Notes: generated by a model not told the origin, from the letters alone. DNA of 64,000 nucleotides from Syntrophales bacterium (GCA_028712885.1 JAQTPK010000001.1:40302-104301), one strand, 5' to 3'. Positions 26,739-36,968 are shown, counted from the stretch's first letter. Made by a program: numbers and translations.

Positions 26739-27137
26739 ATGGGCTCGGTTGACGTGTTTGCTTCCCTTTTGAAGCTTTTTTCCGCTCTGGCCGTCGTGCT
26801 CGGACTCATGATCGGCGGCATGTACCTTTTTCGCGGCCTGATGAAACGGGCGGGGCAGGGGTCCGACGACATGATCCGGATCCTGTCCACCAAGTATCTC
26901 GGCCCAAAAGCGAGCATCATGCTGATGGACATTCTCGGGCAGATCGTCGTCGTGGGCGTAGCCGGAGGCAAAATTACGATGCTGACGACAATAACCGATT
27001 CGGCTTCCCTGGATCGGCTGCGCGGCTTCCATGTGGCGGGCGGAGCCAGGCCCTCGGTAGCGGATCAACTTGCGCATTACAGATCGAAATTTAACGCAAT
27101 GCGGCAGCTTGCGGGGAAAATCGGGCAGGGCAAATGA
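26739..27137 (+). CDS. fliO: flagellar biosynthesis protein FliO
   Basis: Single TM LLKLFSALAVVLGLMIGGMYLF, located upstream of fliP. Confidence 0.8.
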   Translation: MGSVDVFASLLKLFSALAVVLGLMIGGMYLFRGLMKRAGQGSDDMIRILSTKYLGPKASIMLMDILGQIVVVGVAGGKITMLTTITDSASLDRLRGFHVAGGARPSVADQLAHYRSKFNAMRQLAGKIGQGK

Positions 27138-27916
27138 AGTTTCGGGACAGGAAATTCCGCTGGATCATCGGGATCGCACTGGCGGCCGCTATCCTCCTCG
27201 CGTCCGCCTCTCCGCTCTCCTCGGAGCCGTTTCCCATTCCGACGGTGAACCTGAGCATATCGAACGGGGCCAATCAGGCGGATCAGGTTTCAACCCTGCT
27301 GCAGCTTATTCTGATCCTGACGGTCCTTTCGCTGGCTCCGGCCATTCTCATCATGCTCACTTCGTTCACGCGGATAATCATTGTCCTGTCGCTGCTCCGG
27401 CAGGCCCTCGGGACGCAGTCTTTGCCCCCGAACCAGATCCTGATCGGGCTTTCCCTCTTTCTCACTTTCTTCATCATGGGTCCGGTCTGGGAAAAGGTAA
27501 ATTCACAGGCGCTGCAGCCCTATTTCAGCAAACAGATTACCGCGGAGCAGGCGTTCGACAAGGCGTCCCATCCTCTCCGGAGCTTCATGCTCAAGCAGAC
27601 GAAGGAAAAGGACCTGGAGCTCTTTGTGAAAATCTCCCGGGACAAAAGACCCGCCAAACCGGCCGACGTCTCCATGACGACGCTCATTCCCGCATTCGTC
27701 ATCAGCGAATTGAGGACGGCTTTTCAGATAGGATTCCTGATCTATATGCCTTTCCTGGTTCTGGACATGGTCATCGCGAGCGTTCTCCTGTCCATGGGAA
27801 TGCTCATGCTTCCGCCGGTCATGGTGAGCCTGCCTTTCAAGCTCCTCCTCTTTGTCCTGGTGGATGGATGGTACCTGATCGTCGGATCGCTGGTCCAGAG
27901 CTTCGGAACGGTATGA
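27134..27916 (+). CDS. fliP: flagellar export apparatus protein FliP
   Basis: Motifs LTSFTRIIIVLSLLRQALG and FLIYMPFLVLDMVIASVLLSMGM. Confidence 0.96.
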   Translation: MKFRDRKFRWIIGIALAAAILLASASPLSSEPFPIPTVNLSISNGANQADQVSTLLQLILILTVLSLAPAILIMLTSFTRIIIVLSLLRQALGTQSLPPNQILIGLSLFLTFFIMGPVWEKVNSQALQPYFSKQITAEQAFDKASHPLRSFMLKQTKEKDLELFVKISRDKRPAKPADVSMTTLIPAFVISELRTAFQIGFLIYMPFLVLDMVIASVLLSMGMLMLPPVMVSLPFKLLLFVLVDGWYLIVGSLVQSFGTV

Positions 27917-27926
27917 GGGCGGGGAT

Positions 27927-28196
27927 TTGAGTACGGATCTCATTATGGGTATTGCGTTTGAGACGATTAAAGTGACGCTGCTTGTTTCCGCGCCGATGCT
28001 GCTGATCGGCCTGGTGGTCGGGCTGATCATCAGCATCTTCCAGGCCGTGACCCAGATTCAGGAAATGACGCTTGTTTTCGTGCCGAAGATCATCGCAGTC
28101 CTGCTGGCGCTCGTTTTTGCGCTCCCGTGGATGCTGGATATCCTGGTCACTTACACGCAGAACATATTCATGAACATTCCGATATACGTCCGGTAG
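27927..28196 (+). CDS. fliQ: flagellar export apparatus protein FliQ
   Basis: An 89-aa two-TM protein with motif IISIFQAVTQIQEMTLVFVPKI. TTG start. Confidence 0.93.
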   Translation: MSTDLIMGIAFETIKVTLLVSAPMLLIGLVVGLIISIFQAVTQIQEMTLVFVPKIIAVLLALVFALPWMLDILVTYTQNIFMNIPIYVR

Positions 28197-28229
28197 GCAA
28201 GGGCGGAGGATTGAAGAGAAGAGCGGATC

Positions 28230-29006
28230 ATGACAATGCCGATGGTCACAACGGAGCAGGTGGAGGCGTTCATGCTTGTATTCCTGCGGGTGAGCGCCCT
28301 GATTGCGACGGTACCCATCCTGGGCGACCGGTCGGTGCCCGCGCGGGTCAAAGCCGGCCTTTCGTTCCTCGTCGCCGCGCTCCTGTATCCCGTGGTCCCG
28401 ATGCCGACGGCGGGCGCCTGCGAGGACGTCTTCGCGCTTTTCCTGCGCATGACCGGGGAAGTGATGATCGGCGCCGTAATCGGCATGATCGCGCGGCTGA
28501 TCTTTGCCGGAATCCAGCTTGCCGGCCAGCTGATCGGTTTTCAGATGGGGTTTGCGATCGTGAACGTGATCGACCCGGCGTTCAGCCTGCAGGTTTCGAT
28601 CATCGCCCAGTTCCAGTATCTGATCGCACTGCTCCTGTTCCTCAGCCTGAATGGGCATCACATGTTCCTGTACGCAGTCGCGGAAAGCTTCCGGATCCTG
28701 CCGCCGCTGGCGTTCCATTTTTCGGGCGGGCTCATGCAGGCGATAACGGGATTCGTCCGGGACATGTTCGAGATCGGGATAAAAGTCGGGGCGCCCATTA
28801 TTGCGATCCTGTTCTTCATGAGCGTGGGTCTCGGCCTGGTGGCGAGGACAGTTCCCCAGATCAATATCTTCATCGTGGGATTTCCCCTGCAGATTGCGAT
28901 CGGGCTGATAGGCGTGGGAGTCACCATGCCTTACTTCGTGGGCATGATCGAGAAATACATAATCCAGATGGAGAGAGAGATAACGGTCGTTCTCTCACTC
29001 ATGTGA
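28230..29006 (+). CDS. fliR: flagellar export apparatus protein FliR
   Basis: Polytopic membrane protein with motif FLRVSALIATVPILG, located between fliQ and flhB. Confidence 0.92.
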   Translation: MTMPMVTTEQVEAFMLVFLRVSALIATVPILGDRSVPARVKAGLSFLVAALLYPVVPMPTAGACEDVFALFLRMTGEVMIGAVIGMIARLIFAGIQLAGQLIGFQMGFAIVNVIDPAFSLQVSIIAQFQYLIALLLFLSLNGHHMFLYAVAESFRILPPLAFHFSGGLMQAITGFVRDMFEIGIKVGAPIIAILFFMSVGLGLVARTVPQINIFIVGFPLQIAIGLIGVGVTMPYFVGMIEKYIIQMEREITVVLSLM

Positions 29007-29033
29007 GATGCGACCAGGTGAAAGTGTGACGAT

Positions 29034-30107
29034 ATGGCGGAGAACCAGGAACAGGAAAGGACCGAACAAGCCTCCCCGCGAAGGAAGGAGGAGGCCCGGA
29101 AAAAAGGCCAGGTGGCCAAAAGCCAGGAAATCGCTTCCGTAGCTGTCCTCCTGGGCTGCCTGACGTATTTCTATTTCGGCGCCGCCGGCCTGGTTCGTCA
29201 AATAATGGAGATGATGCGCCGGCACCTGCGGGACGCCGGCACAACCGTGATCAGCAATGACACGGTGCAGGGCTTTGTCTTCGGGGTCGTTTACGATTGC
29301 TTTATCATGGTCTTCCCGCTGCTCATGACCGTCGTTGCGGCGGCGATCGCCGCAAATGTGATCCAGGTCGGCTTCATGTTTTCCACGGAAGCGCTGACCC
29401 CGACCTTCTCCAAGATAGACCCGATCAAGGGATTCCGGCGGCTCTTTTCGCTCAAGTCCCTCGCGGAGCTCACAAAGAATATACTCAAGCTGATCATCGT
29501 GGGCTACGTGGCATACTATACCGTTTCGACGGAGGTGGACAACCTCATCCCGCTCATGCATCAGAGCGTCTGGGGCATCACAACGTATTTCGGGGAGGTA
29601 TCGTTCAAGATAATCTTACGGACCTGTTGGGTGCTGATCATCCTGGCCGCGCTCGACTACATGTACCAGCGCTGGGAATTCGAAAGAGGGCTCAGGATGA
29701 CGAAACAGGAGGTCAAGGATGAATTCAAGCAGACGGAAGGGGAGCCGCTCGTCAAGGCGAGGATAAGAAGGCTGCAGCGGGAAGCCGCCCGCAGGCGCAT
29801 GATGGCCAAGGTGCCCAAGGCGGACGTGGTGATTACGAACCCGGAACATCTGGCTGTTGCGCTTCTGTACGAGCAGAGCGGAATGGCCGCCCCGGTGGTC
29901 GTTGCTAAAGGGGCGGGATACATGGCGGAGAGGATCAGGGAAATAGCCCGGAAAAGCGGCGTGCCCCTGGTCGAGAACAAGCCGCTCGCGCGGATACTGT
30001 ACCGGACGGTCGATGTCGACCAGGTCATCCCGGAGAACCTCTACCGGGCGGTGGCGGAAGTGCTGGCTTATGTCTACGGCCTGAAGAAAAGAAAGGCTGC
30101 GGTGTAA
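29034..30107 (+). CDS. flhB: flagellar export switch protein FlhB
   Basis: N-terminus EQERTEQASPRRKEEARKKGQVAKSQE. Autocleavage-site variant NPEH. C-terminal motif LYRAVAEVLAYVY. Confidence 0.96.
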   Translation: MAENQEQERTEQASPRRKEEARKKGQVAKSQEIASVAVLLGCLTYFYFGAAGLVRQIMEMMRRHLRDAGTTVISNDTVQGFVFGVVYDCFIMVFPLLMTVVAAAIAANVIQVGFMFSTEALTPTFSKIDPIKGFRRLFSLKSLAELTKNILKLIIVGYVAYYTVSTEVDNLIPLMHQSVWGITTYFGEVSFKIILRTCWVLIILAALDYMYQRWEFERGLRMTKQEVKDEFKQTEGEPLVKARIRRLQREAARRRMMAKVPKADVVITNPEHLAVALLYEQSGMAAPVVVAKGAGYMAERIREIARKSGVPLVENKPLARILYRTVDVDQVIPENLYRAVAEVLAYVYGLKKRKAAV

Positions 30108-30110
30108 GGA

Positions 30111-32189
30111 ATGGCGAATACGGTTGCATCAGCGGAAACTCTGCCCGAATCGACTAAAAACGCGACGCTGGTACTGGGTCTCGGGGTAGTCGGGATTCTC
30201 GTGATCATGATGGTCCCGCTGCCGACGATCGTCATCGACCTTCTTTTGTCCCTGAGCATCACGCTATCGATAGTAATCCTGCTCATGTCGATGTACGTCC
30301 TGAAGCCGCTCGATTTTTCCGTGTTCCCCTCCATTCTCCTTACCGTGACGCTGCTCAGGCTCTCGCTCAACGTTGCCTCAACGCGTCTTATCCTGCTGTA
30401 CGGACACGAGGGGACCGACGCGGCCGGACAGGTCATCAAGTCCTTCGGAACCTTCGTGGTCGGGGGAAATTACGTCGTCGGCCTGATCGTCTTTCTCGTC
30501 CTCGTCATCATCAACTTCATCGTCATCACAAAAGGCGCCACGCGGATCGCCGAAGTGGCCGCCCGCTTCACGCTGGATGCAATGCCGGGAAAGCAGATGA
30601 GCATTGACGCCGATCTTAACGCGGGACTGATCAACGATTCGGAGGCGCGCAGGAGGCGCCGCGATATCGAAAGAGAGGCCGATTTTTACGGGGCAATGGA
30701 CGGCGCCAGCAAGTTCGTGCGGGGCGATGCGATCGCCGCGGTCATCATCATCTTCATCAACGTTATCGGCGGGCTCATTGTCGGCGTGCTGCAGAAGGGG
30801 ATGAAAGTAACCGACGCCGCGCTGAATTACACCCTGCTGACGGTGGGAGACGGGCTGGTCACCCAGATTCCCGCCCTGATCGTTTCCACCGCCGCCGGCA
30901 TGCTCGTCACGCGCTCGACGGCAGGGTCCAACCTGGGAACGGAGATGAGCGGGCAGCTGCTCCTTCAGCCCCGCGCCCTCGCGACCGCATCCATTATGCT
31001 CCTTGTCTTCGCCCTGATTCCCGGGATGCCGAAGGTGTCTTTCCTGGCCATTTCCGCCGTCACCGGCTTCCTTGCCGTTTCGCTGCTGCGCTCGGCCAAA
31101 AAGGCGGAAGCCGTCCGTGTCGAGGAGGCGCCGGCCGCGCCCGCTCCGGAAAAGATCGAAGCGGCGCTCGTCCCGCTGGATCTCCTCGAGCTGGAAGTGG
31201 GCTACGGCCTGATCCCGATGGTCGACGCCGGCCAGGGAGGAGAACTGCTCGGCAGGATACGAGCCGTGCGCAAGCAGCTTGCCCAGGAAATGGGGTTCAT
31301 CGTCCCGGCCATCCACATTCGTGACAACCTCCAGCTGAAGCCGAATTCATATTCGATCATTCTGAAGGGCGTCGAGGTGGCGAAAGGCGAGCTCATGCCG
31401 GGCCACTTCCTTGCGATCACGGCGGAAGACAGGGGAGCCAAGCTCAGGGGTATTGAGACAAAAGAGCCCACCTTCGGCCTGCCGGCCGTCTGGATCACCG
31501 AAAAAGAGAAGGAAAGCGTGCAGGCCAGGGGCTTCGTGGTCGTGGATCCGGCGACGGTCATCACGACGCACCTGACCGAGATCATCAAGTCCCACGCCGA
31601 TGAACTCGTCGGGCGGGAGGAAGTCCGCACCCTCCTCGATAACCTCTCCCGGAATTATCCGAAGGTCGTGGAGGAGCTTGTGCCCAAGGTCGTTTCCGTC
31701 GGACTGCTCCAGAAAATTCTGCAGAAACTGCTCAGGGAAAGAGTTCCCGTCCGGGATCTGCTGACGATCCTGGAGACCACGGGCGACTACGCCGCTGCGA
31801 CCGGCAATTCGGATATCCTGCTGGGCTATGTGCGGCAGGCGCTGGCGCGCTCGATCACCAAACAGCACAAGGATGCCGGGGGCAACATCACCGTCGTGAC
31901 GCTTTCGCCGGACATTGAAGACCACCTGGGGCGTTCCATCCAGCATACGGACCTCGAATCATATGTGACGGTGGACCCCAATTACGTTCAGAGAATCGTT
32001 TCCGGACTGCAGAAACATGTCTATTCGTTTACTTCCCGGGGTCTCCAGCCGGTCATCCTGTGCTCTCCCCAGGTCCGGCTTCAGCTCCGAAAGCTTCTGG
32101 AGAGGTTTTTCCCGCATATCATTCTTCTTTCGCATAACGAAATAACGAGGGACGTAAACATAAAGTCCCTCGGCATGGTGGAGATCTGA
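30111..32189 (+). CDS. flhA: flagellar export gate protein FlhA
   Basis: FHIPEP motifs ITKGATRIAEVAARFTLDAMPGKQMSIDADL, plus a large cytoplasmic domain. Confidence 0.97.
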   Translation: MANTVASAETLPESTKNATLVLGLGVVGILVIMMVPLPTIVIDLLLSLSITLSIVILLMSMYVLKPLDFSVFPSILLTVTLLRLSLNVASTRLILLYGHEGTDAAGQVIKSFGTFVVGGNYVVGLIVFLVLVIINFIVITKGATRIAEVAARFTLDAMPGKQMSIDADLNAGLINDSEARRRRRDIEREADFYGAMDGASKFVRGDAIAAVIIIFINVIGGLIVGVLQKGMKVTDAALNYTLLTVGDGLVTQIPALIVSTAAGMLVTRSTAGSNLGTEMSGQLLLQPRALATASIMLLVFALIPGMPKVSFLAISAVTGFLAVSLLRSAKKAEAVRVEEAPAAPAPEKIEAALVPLDLLELEVGYGLIPMVDAGQGGELLGRIRAVRKQLAQEMGFIVPAIHIRDNLQLKPNSYSIILKGVEVAKGELMPGHFLAITAEDRGAKLRGIETKEPTFGLPAVWITEKEKESVQARGFVVVDPATVITTHLTEIIKSHADELVGREEVRTLLDNLSRNYPKVVEELVPKVVSVGLLQKILQKLLRERVPVRDLLTILETTGDYAAATGNSDILLGYVRQALARSITKQHKDAGGNITVVTLSPDIEDHLGRSIQHTDLESYVTVDPNYVQRIVSGLQKHVYSFTSRGLQPVILCSPQVRLQLRKLLERFFPHIILLSHNEITRDVNIKSLGMVEI

Positions 32190-32190
32190 A

Positions 32191-33318
32191 ATGCAGGTAA
32201 AAAGATACGAGGCGTCGAACGTGCAGGAAGCCATGGAGAAGATTCGCACCGATCTGGGGGACGATGCCGTCGTTCTGTCAACGAAGCGGCTGAGGAGAGG
32301 TAAGACAACCTTTATCGAGGTCACCGCGGCGCGCGACTTGCCGGTCAAGGCCTGTTCCCGCGAAGAGAATCGGGACCGGACTCCTGCTTCGGGCCGGGAA
32401 GAGATCCGCGCTGAAATCGATGAGATCAGGAAAATAGCGGAGAGCCTCCGGGGCGAAAATCCCTTCCGCGCCCAGATGTCGGAACTTAAAGAAATGATGA
32501 GCAGCCTTTTCGACCTGGTCGGATCGCTCCGCGAGGAGACCGGCCTTTCGGCGGTTTACCGCCGCCTGGTTTCAGGGGGGATGTCGAGAGAACGGGCATA
32601 CGGTCTGGTAAAGGAAACCCCCTGCGGCCGGGGGGGGAACAGGCCCGAGGACTACGAAAAAGCCCTGCGCTCGGTGGAAGAGTCGATCGGCAGGAGCATC
32701 GCGGTCCCGCGGGACAGGATCGATCCGGACAGGGTCGTTGTCTTTATCGGGCCGACAGGCGTTGGGAAAACGACAACCCTGGCCAAGGTGGCGGCACGAT
32801 ACGCCATTGATTTCAAGAAGAAAGTAGGGCTGATCACGACGGATACGTACCGGATCGCGGCGGCCGAGCAGATCAGGACTTACGCAAAGATAATGGGGCT
32901 CCCGCTCGAAATCGCCACGGAAAAGGAATCGTACCGGAAAGCCCTCGCGAAATTTTCCGACAAGGATTGCATCCTGGTGGATACGCCCGGGAGGAGCCAT
33001 CTGGATTCCAGGCACCTGAAGAAAATAGCGGAAATCCTGGCGGCGGACACGCCTGCCAGGGCGCACCTGCTCCTGAGTCTTACCTCCAGCACGCGGAATC
33101 TGCTGGAGGCTGCGGATAGATACTCGACAATTAATTACGACAGCATCATTTTCACGAAACTGGACGAGACAAGATCATTCGGCGCCATGTTCGACGTAGT
33201 TGCGCAGTCTGAAAAGCCGGTCTCGTACCTTACCACGGGACAGAACGTACCCAAGGACATTGAAAGGGCGAACCCGGACAGGATCGCGAAACTGATCGTA
33301 GGTCACGGAATGAATTAA
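32191..33318 (+). CDS. flhF: flagellar SRP-type GTPase FlhF
   Basis: G-motifs GPTGVGKTTT, DTPGRS and TKLDET. Confidence 0.93.
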   Translation: MQVKRYEASNVQEAMEKIRTDLGDDAVVLSTKRLRRGKTTFIEVTAARDLPVKACSREENRDRTPASGREEIRAEIDEIRKIAESLRGENPFRAQMSELKEMMSSLFDLVGSLREETGLSAVYRRLVSGGMSRERAYGLVKETPCGRGGNRPEDYEKALRSVEESIGRSIAVPRDRIDPDRVVVFIGPTGVGKTTTLAKVAARYAIDFKKKVGLITTDTYRIAAAEQIRTYAKIMGLPLEIATEKESYRKALAKFSDKDCILVDTPGRSHLDSRHLKKIAEILAADTPARAHLLLSLTSSTRNLLEAADRYSTINYDSIIFTKLDETRSFGAMFDVVAQSEKPVSYLTTGQNVPKDIERANPDRIAKLIVGHGMN

Positions 33319-33329
33319 GGAGGAATTCT

Positions 33330-34244
33330 GTGGATCAGGCTGCTGGGCTGAGGCGCATAAAAGGAAAAGGAAAGGGGAGTTCTCCCATGGGCACAATCAA
33401 CCCCGGACTCAATGAAATCACTCGCTGCATGTCGGATGACCAGATCAGGGTGATTTCGATAACCAGCGGAAAAGGAGGGGTCGGCAAGACTCATATCGCG
33501 GCCAATCTTGCCTATATTTTTTCCAGAATGGGAAAGAGGACCCTTGTGCTCGACGCGGACATGGGATTGGCCAACATCGACGTGATCCTGGGACTTGCTC
33601 CCCGTTTCAATCTGCACCACGTCCTCTCCGGAGAAAAGAGAATGGAGGAAATTCTCGTCCGGGGCCCCGGTGACATGATGATCCTGCCGTCTGCCTCGGG
33701 CATTCAGGAGATGGCGAACCTGTCGGCGGGGCAGAAACTGACGCTTCTCGACGAGATCAACGGGATGAACACGGGGTTTGATTTCGTCCTGATCGATACC
33801 GCCGCCGGGATTGCAGGCAACGTCATGTATTTCAACATGGCGGCCAAGGAAATCATTGTCGTCGTTTCACCGGAACCGACCTCGCTTACGGATGCTTATG
33901 CACTGATCAAGCTCCTGTACCGGGGGCATAACGAGAAGCGGATCATGGTTCTGGTGAACATGGTCAAAAATCCGGGCGAAGCCCGGGACGTATACAGGAA
34001 GCTGAGCAAGGCAGTGGAACATTTCCTTGATCTGTCAATTGAATACCTGGGTTACATTCTGTACGACGAGAAAGTTACGGATGCGGTAAAGCAGCAGAGG
34101 GTTCTGGCGGAGGTGTACCCCTCGTGCCAGGCAAGCAGATGTCTATTGACTATAGCGGAAAAGATGAATCATGAACAGCCGGCAAATTACAACTGCGGAA
34201 GTCTCAAGTTCTTCTCCAAGGCGACCGTCGACAGGGGACGATGA
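33330..34244 (+). CDS. flhG: MinD/ParA-type ATPase FlhG (FleN/YlxH)
   Basis: Deviant Walker A SGKGGVGKT. Amphipathic C-terminus GSLKFFSKA. GTG start preceded by AAGGAGGA. Confidence 0.9.
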   Translation: MDQAAGLRRIKGKGKGSSPMGTINPGLNEITRCMSDDQIRVISITSGKGGVGKTHIAANLAYIFSRMGKRTLVLDADMGLANIDVILGLAPRFNLHHVLSGEKRMEEILVRGPGDMMILPSASGIQEMANLSAGQKLTLLDEINGMNTGFDFVLIDTAAGIAGNVMYFNMAAKEIIVVVSPEPTSLTDAYALIKLLYRGHNEKRIMVLVNMVKNPGEARDVYRKLSKAVEHFLDLSIEYLGYILYDEKVTDAVKQQRVLAEVYPSCQASRCLLTIAEKMNHEQPANYNCGSLKFFSKATVDRGR

Positions 34245-34953
34245 CAAGAAAAAGCGGGATGAGCTGATTCTCAAGTACGCTCCTCTTGTCAAGAGCATCG
34301 TGGACAGGGTGGCCGCGAAAGTTCCGCCCCATATCGCCGCCAAGGAGGACCTCATCAACGTCGGGGTGATCGGTTTGATCTCAGCCCTCTCGAAGTTTGA
34401 TGAAAAGAGAAACGTCCAGTTCGAGACGTATGCGCGCTACCGCATCCGGGGAGCCGTCCTGGACGAGCTGAGGGCGAGGGACTGGGTGCCGCGTTCGACG
34501 CGAAGCAAAAACGCCCGGCTGGAAGAGGCGTTTCAGCGGCTCCAGAAGGAACTCGGGCGTCCCCCGGACGACAGGGAGGTTTCGCTTCATCTGAACGTCT
34601 CTCTCGAGGAATATTATGAAATGCTCGAAGAGGCGAGGGGAGTGACGCTTCTCAGCAGCGAGGACCTTCCGCCGGACTACTGCGAAAAATACAGCAGCCG
34701 GGAAGTAATGGAAGGGATCGAGCAGGGCAATCCCCTTTCCCTTCTGGCCAAGAGGGAACTCAAGGAAGTGCTGAAAAAATCCATCGACTCTCTCCCGGAG
34801 AAGGAAAAACTCGTCCTTTCTCTTTACTACTATGAAGAGCTTACCATGAAGGAAATCGGCCTGATCCTCAAGCTTACGGAGTCAAGGGTCTGCCAGCTCC
34901 ATTCGAAGGCAATCCTCCGGCTCCGGGGCGAGCTTAACGAAAAGAGACTTTGA
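34171..34953 (+). CDS. fliA: flagellar sigma factor FliA (sigma-28)
   Basis: Sigma-70-family regions 2-4 (YAPLVKSIV, IRGAVLDELR, LTMKEIGLILKLTESRVCQLHSKAI). The only in-frame ATG or GTG start overlaps flhG by 74 nt. Confidence 0.9.
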   Translation: MNSRQITTAEVSSSSPRRPSTGDDDKKKRDELILKYAPLVKSIVDRVAAKVPPHIAAKEDLINVGVIGLISALSKFDEKRNVQFETYARYRIRGAVLDELRARDWVPRSTRSKNARLEEAFQRLQKELGRPPDDREVSLHLNVSLEEYYEMLEEARGVTLLSSEDLPPDYCEKYSSREVMEGIEQGNPLSLLAKRELKEVLKKSIDSLPEKEKLVLSLYYYEELTMKEIGLILKLTESRVCQLHSKAILRLRGELNEKRL

Positions 34954-34959
34954 AAATTT

Positions 34960-35115
34960 GGCGAAAGGCTAAAGGCGAAGGGCGGAAGAGTAAAGAGCCA
35001 TATTGAACAAAGATAAATTCGGCAGGAAAAGCGGAGAAAGAAGCTTTATGGGGCTGCTCCGTCAGGAATCTCGCTATCTGATCTTTTTCCCTTTAGCCTT
35101 AGCCTTTAGCCCCTT
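34960..35115. repeat. heptamer-array palindrome (AAAGGCN family) with a spacer of about 85 nt, after fliA
   Basis: GGCGAAA GGCTAAA GGCGAAG GGCGGAAG faces CCTTTAG CCTTAG CCTTTAG CCCCTT. Confidence 0.7.
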
Positions 35116-35133
35116 CAACAAACAGGCTGCATA

Positions 35134-35670
35134 ATGGTCCGCAAGGTACAATTAGATTTACTGGACATCGCCGAGGAGCAGGTTGCCGGTCCTCCGCCGA
35201 AGATCGAACCGGATGGCGCCGGTACGGTGTCCAGGAAATGGGGGCTGAAGAGCAAGATTCTGGTCGCCGTTTCTGCCGTTTTCCTGGTTACGTCCATCGC
35301 CGTTACCGTCTGGTTCCATTCCGGAAAGGAAACGGCCAGGAAGACGGACGCGGGAAGGACGGACACCGTTTCGGCCGAGGGTGCGGAAGTCCTCGACCAT
35401 TTTGCCGTCGATCTGAGGGATGATCGGGGAAATTACAAGGTGCTGGTCTGCAGCCTTGCCCTGGAATTGAACCAGGGCGCCAGCATCGCGAGCAGCCGCA
35501 CGGATATACGGCGGATGATTTACCGGACATTGAGGGCAAAATCGCCCGCATACCTGACCGCTCCGAAATCGAAAAAGATGCTGAAGAAGGAAATTGAAGA
35601 AAAACTGGAGAAGCTGATGGGCGGTAAGTTGGTGAAACATGTTTATTTTACTAAATTCGTCTTGCTTTAA
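35134..35670 (+). CDS. FliL-family paralog
   Basis: Single TM and a C-terminal half alignable by eye to fliL (ends KHVYFTKFVLL, compared with KVYFTEFVIQ). Confidence 0.75.
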   Translation: MVRKVQLDLLDIAEEQVAGPPPKIEPDGAGTVSRKWGLKSKILVAVSAVFLVTSIAVTVWFHSGKETARKTDAGRTDTVSAEGAEVLDHFAVDLRDDRGNYKVLVCSLALELNQGASIASSRTDIRRMIYRTLRAKSPAYLTAPKSKKMLKKEIEEKLEKLMGGKLVKHVYFTKFVLL

Positions 35671-35760
35671 ACCGGGAACGGGGGTATGTGCGGGTTAGCC
35701 GCCCCATCCGGGGGAACCGCGAAGCGTTTTGTCGGAATAATCTTTTCTGAGGTGACGAGG

Positions 35761-36087
35761 ATGAAAACTAAAATGACGGCTGCGGCGGTCCTGGTCCTTT
35801 TTCTGTCCGCTCCCGCTTTGGCGCTCACGACACAGGAGATTCTCGAGCTTAAGAAAGCGGGCGTCAGCGACAAGACGATCCAGATCATGTTGAAACAGGA
35901 GAAAGGAGCCAAAGGCGGTGATCCCGCCGACCGGATCGGCAAGAGAGAGGTGAAGGACAAGGACGGGAATACAACAATCCTTTACTCTACCGGGGCAGCC
36001 ACAGTAGAGGACGATGAGAAGGAACAGGTCGAGAACGCCTGGAAGATGCTGCAGAACATGTATATCGAGAAGAGGATTACCAGATGA
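35761..36087 (+). CDS. small exported hypothetical protein (108 aa)
   Basis: Signal-like N-terminus MKTKMTAAAVLVLFLSAPALA. Start moved from 35686. Confidence 0.55.
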   Translation: MKTKMTAAAVLVLFLSAPALALTTQEILELKKAGVSDKTIQIMLKQEKGAKGGDPADRIGKREVKDKDGNTTILYSTGAATVEDDEKEQVENAWKMLQNMYIEKRITR

Positions 36088-36127
36088 TAAACCGGTTCCG
36101 GATGAAGTCATCGGAGAGGTAGGGGAA

Positions 36128-36892
36128 ATGGAGTCGCTGCACCGTCTGCTGGCATCGGACTTCGAATCGACTCTGCGCGAGGAAGTGATCCCCGGTCTGC
36201 TCCATAATTTTGCCAATCCGCTCAACGGCATCATGGGCAGGTCAAGACTCCTTCAGAAGAGGCTGCAGGATCATTCACAGGAAAAGGAAAAGGCCGTCGA
36301 GATCGCATTGCCGGTATTTGAAAAGGTCATCAACGATGTGGGCCTGATCGCGCGGGATTCCGACAAGCTGTCGGTGATGCTGCAGATAGTGGCGGAAAAG
36401 ATGCATTGCGTTTTCAACACGGAACGGCAGGCGATTAATCTTTCGAGTCTCGCCGATCTCGAGATCCGCTTTCTCGATTTTTATCTGGATTTCAAGCACA
36501 ACGTTAAAAAAACGGCCGACCTCGACCGGGGCGTTCCGAACGTAATGGGGATTCCTTCCGATTTCTCTCTCTCTTTCTGGGGTCTTTTCCGGCACTGCAT
36601 GGAAACGCTGAGACCCTCTCCGGTCAAAGAGTTTTCCATCTCCACCGGCGCCGCCGGCGGGTGCGTCCGGATAGAAATCAGGGACAGCGGCGAGCCGCTG
36701 CCGGGAATCGAGCCCGGCTCAAAAATCGAAGGTTTCGACCCCCAGGAATTTTTTTCGAGCCCGGCGGGGCCGTGCCCGCGGCTCCTTCGCTCTCTCTCGC
36801 TGCTCAAACGATATGATGCAAATTTCGAGGCGGAAGTTTCCGGGGGGATAAATCGGATATGCATCGCCATACCAACAAAGGCTAAGGGCTAA
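36128..36892 (+). CDS. histidine-kinase-like protein with H-box but degenerate ATPase boxes, no sensor domain
   Basis: H-box-like LLHNFANPLNGIMGRSRLL. C-terminal segment IEIRDSGEPLPGIE resembles a G1 box. No clear N-box Asn or GxGLGL motif. Start moved from 36014. Confidence 0.5.
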   Translation: MESLHRLLASDFESTLREEVIPGLLHNFANPLNGIMGRSRLLQKRLQDHSQEKEKAVEIALPVFEKVINDVGLIARDSDKLSVMLQIVAEKMHCVFNTERQAINLSSLADLEIRFLDFYLDFKHNVKKTADLDRGVPNVMGIPSDFSLSFWGLFRHCMETLRPSPVKEFSISTGAAGGCVRIEIRDSGEPLPGIEPGSKIEGFDPQEFFSSPAGPCPRLLRSLSLLKRYDANFEAEVSGGINRICIAIPTKAKG

Positions 36893-36905
36893 AGATTAAA
36901 GATTT
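36882..36905 (+). repeat. short one-armed heptamer array (AAGGCTA AGGGCTA AAGATTA AAGATTT)
   Basis: Four 7-nt units spanning the stop codon of the kinase-like gene. Confidence 0.5.
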
Positions 36906-36968
36906 TGTCCAATTGTGACGATCTTCCCTTAGAGGACTCTTTGTCATTCCGGAGGGAGGCGGCGGGTT

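Noticed and set aside
34991-35016. A possible sigma-28 promoter for the second fliL (TAAAG-N15-AAGATAA), and a similar weak match upstream of flgN at 44597-44623 (TGAACT..GCCCGATAC).
   Set aside because: Only the GATA(A) core or only the -10 half matches. The spacing is off by 1-2 nt relative to the five better sites, and the -35 TAAA is missing in the flgN case.
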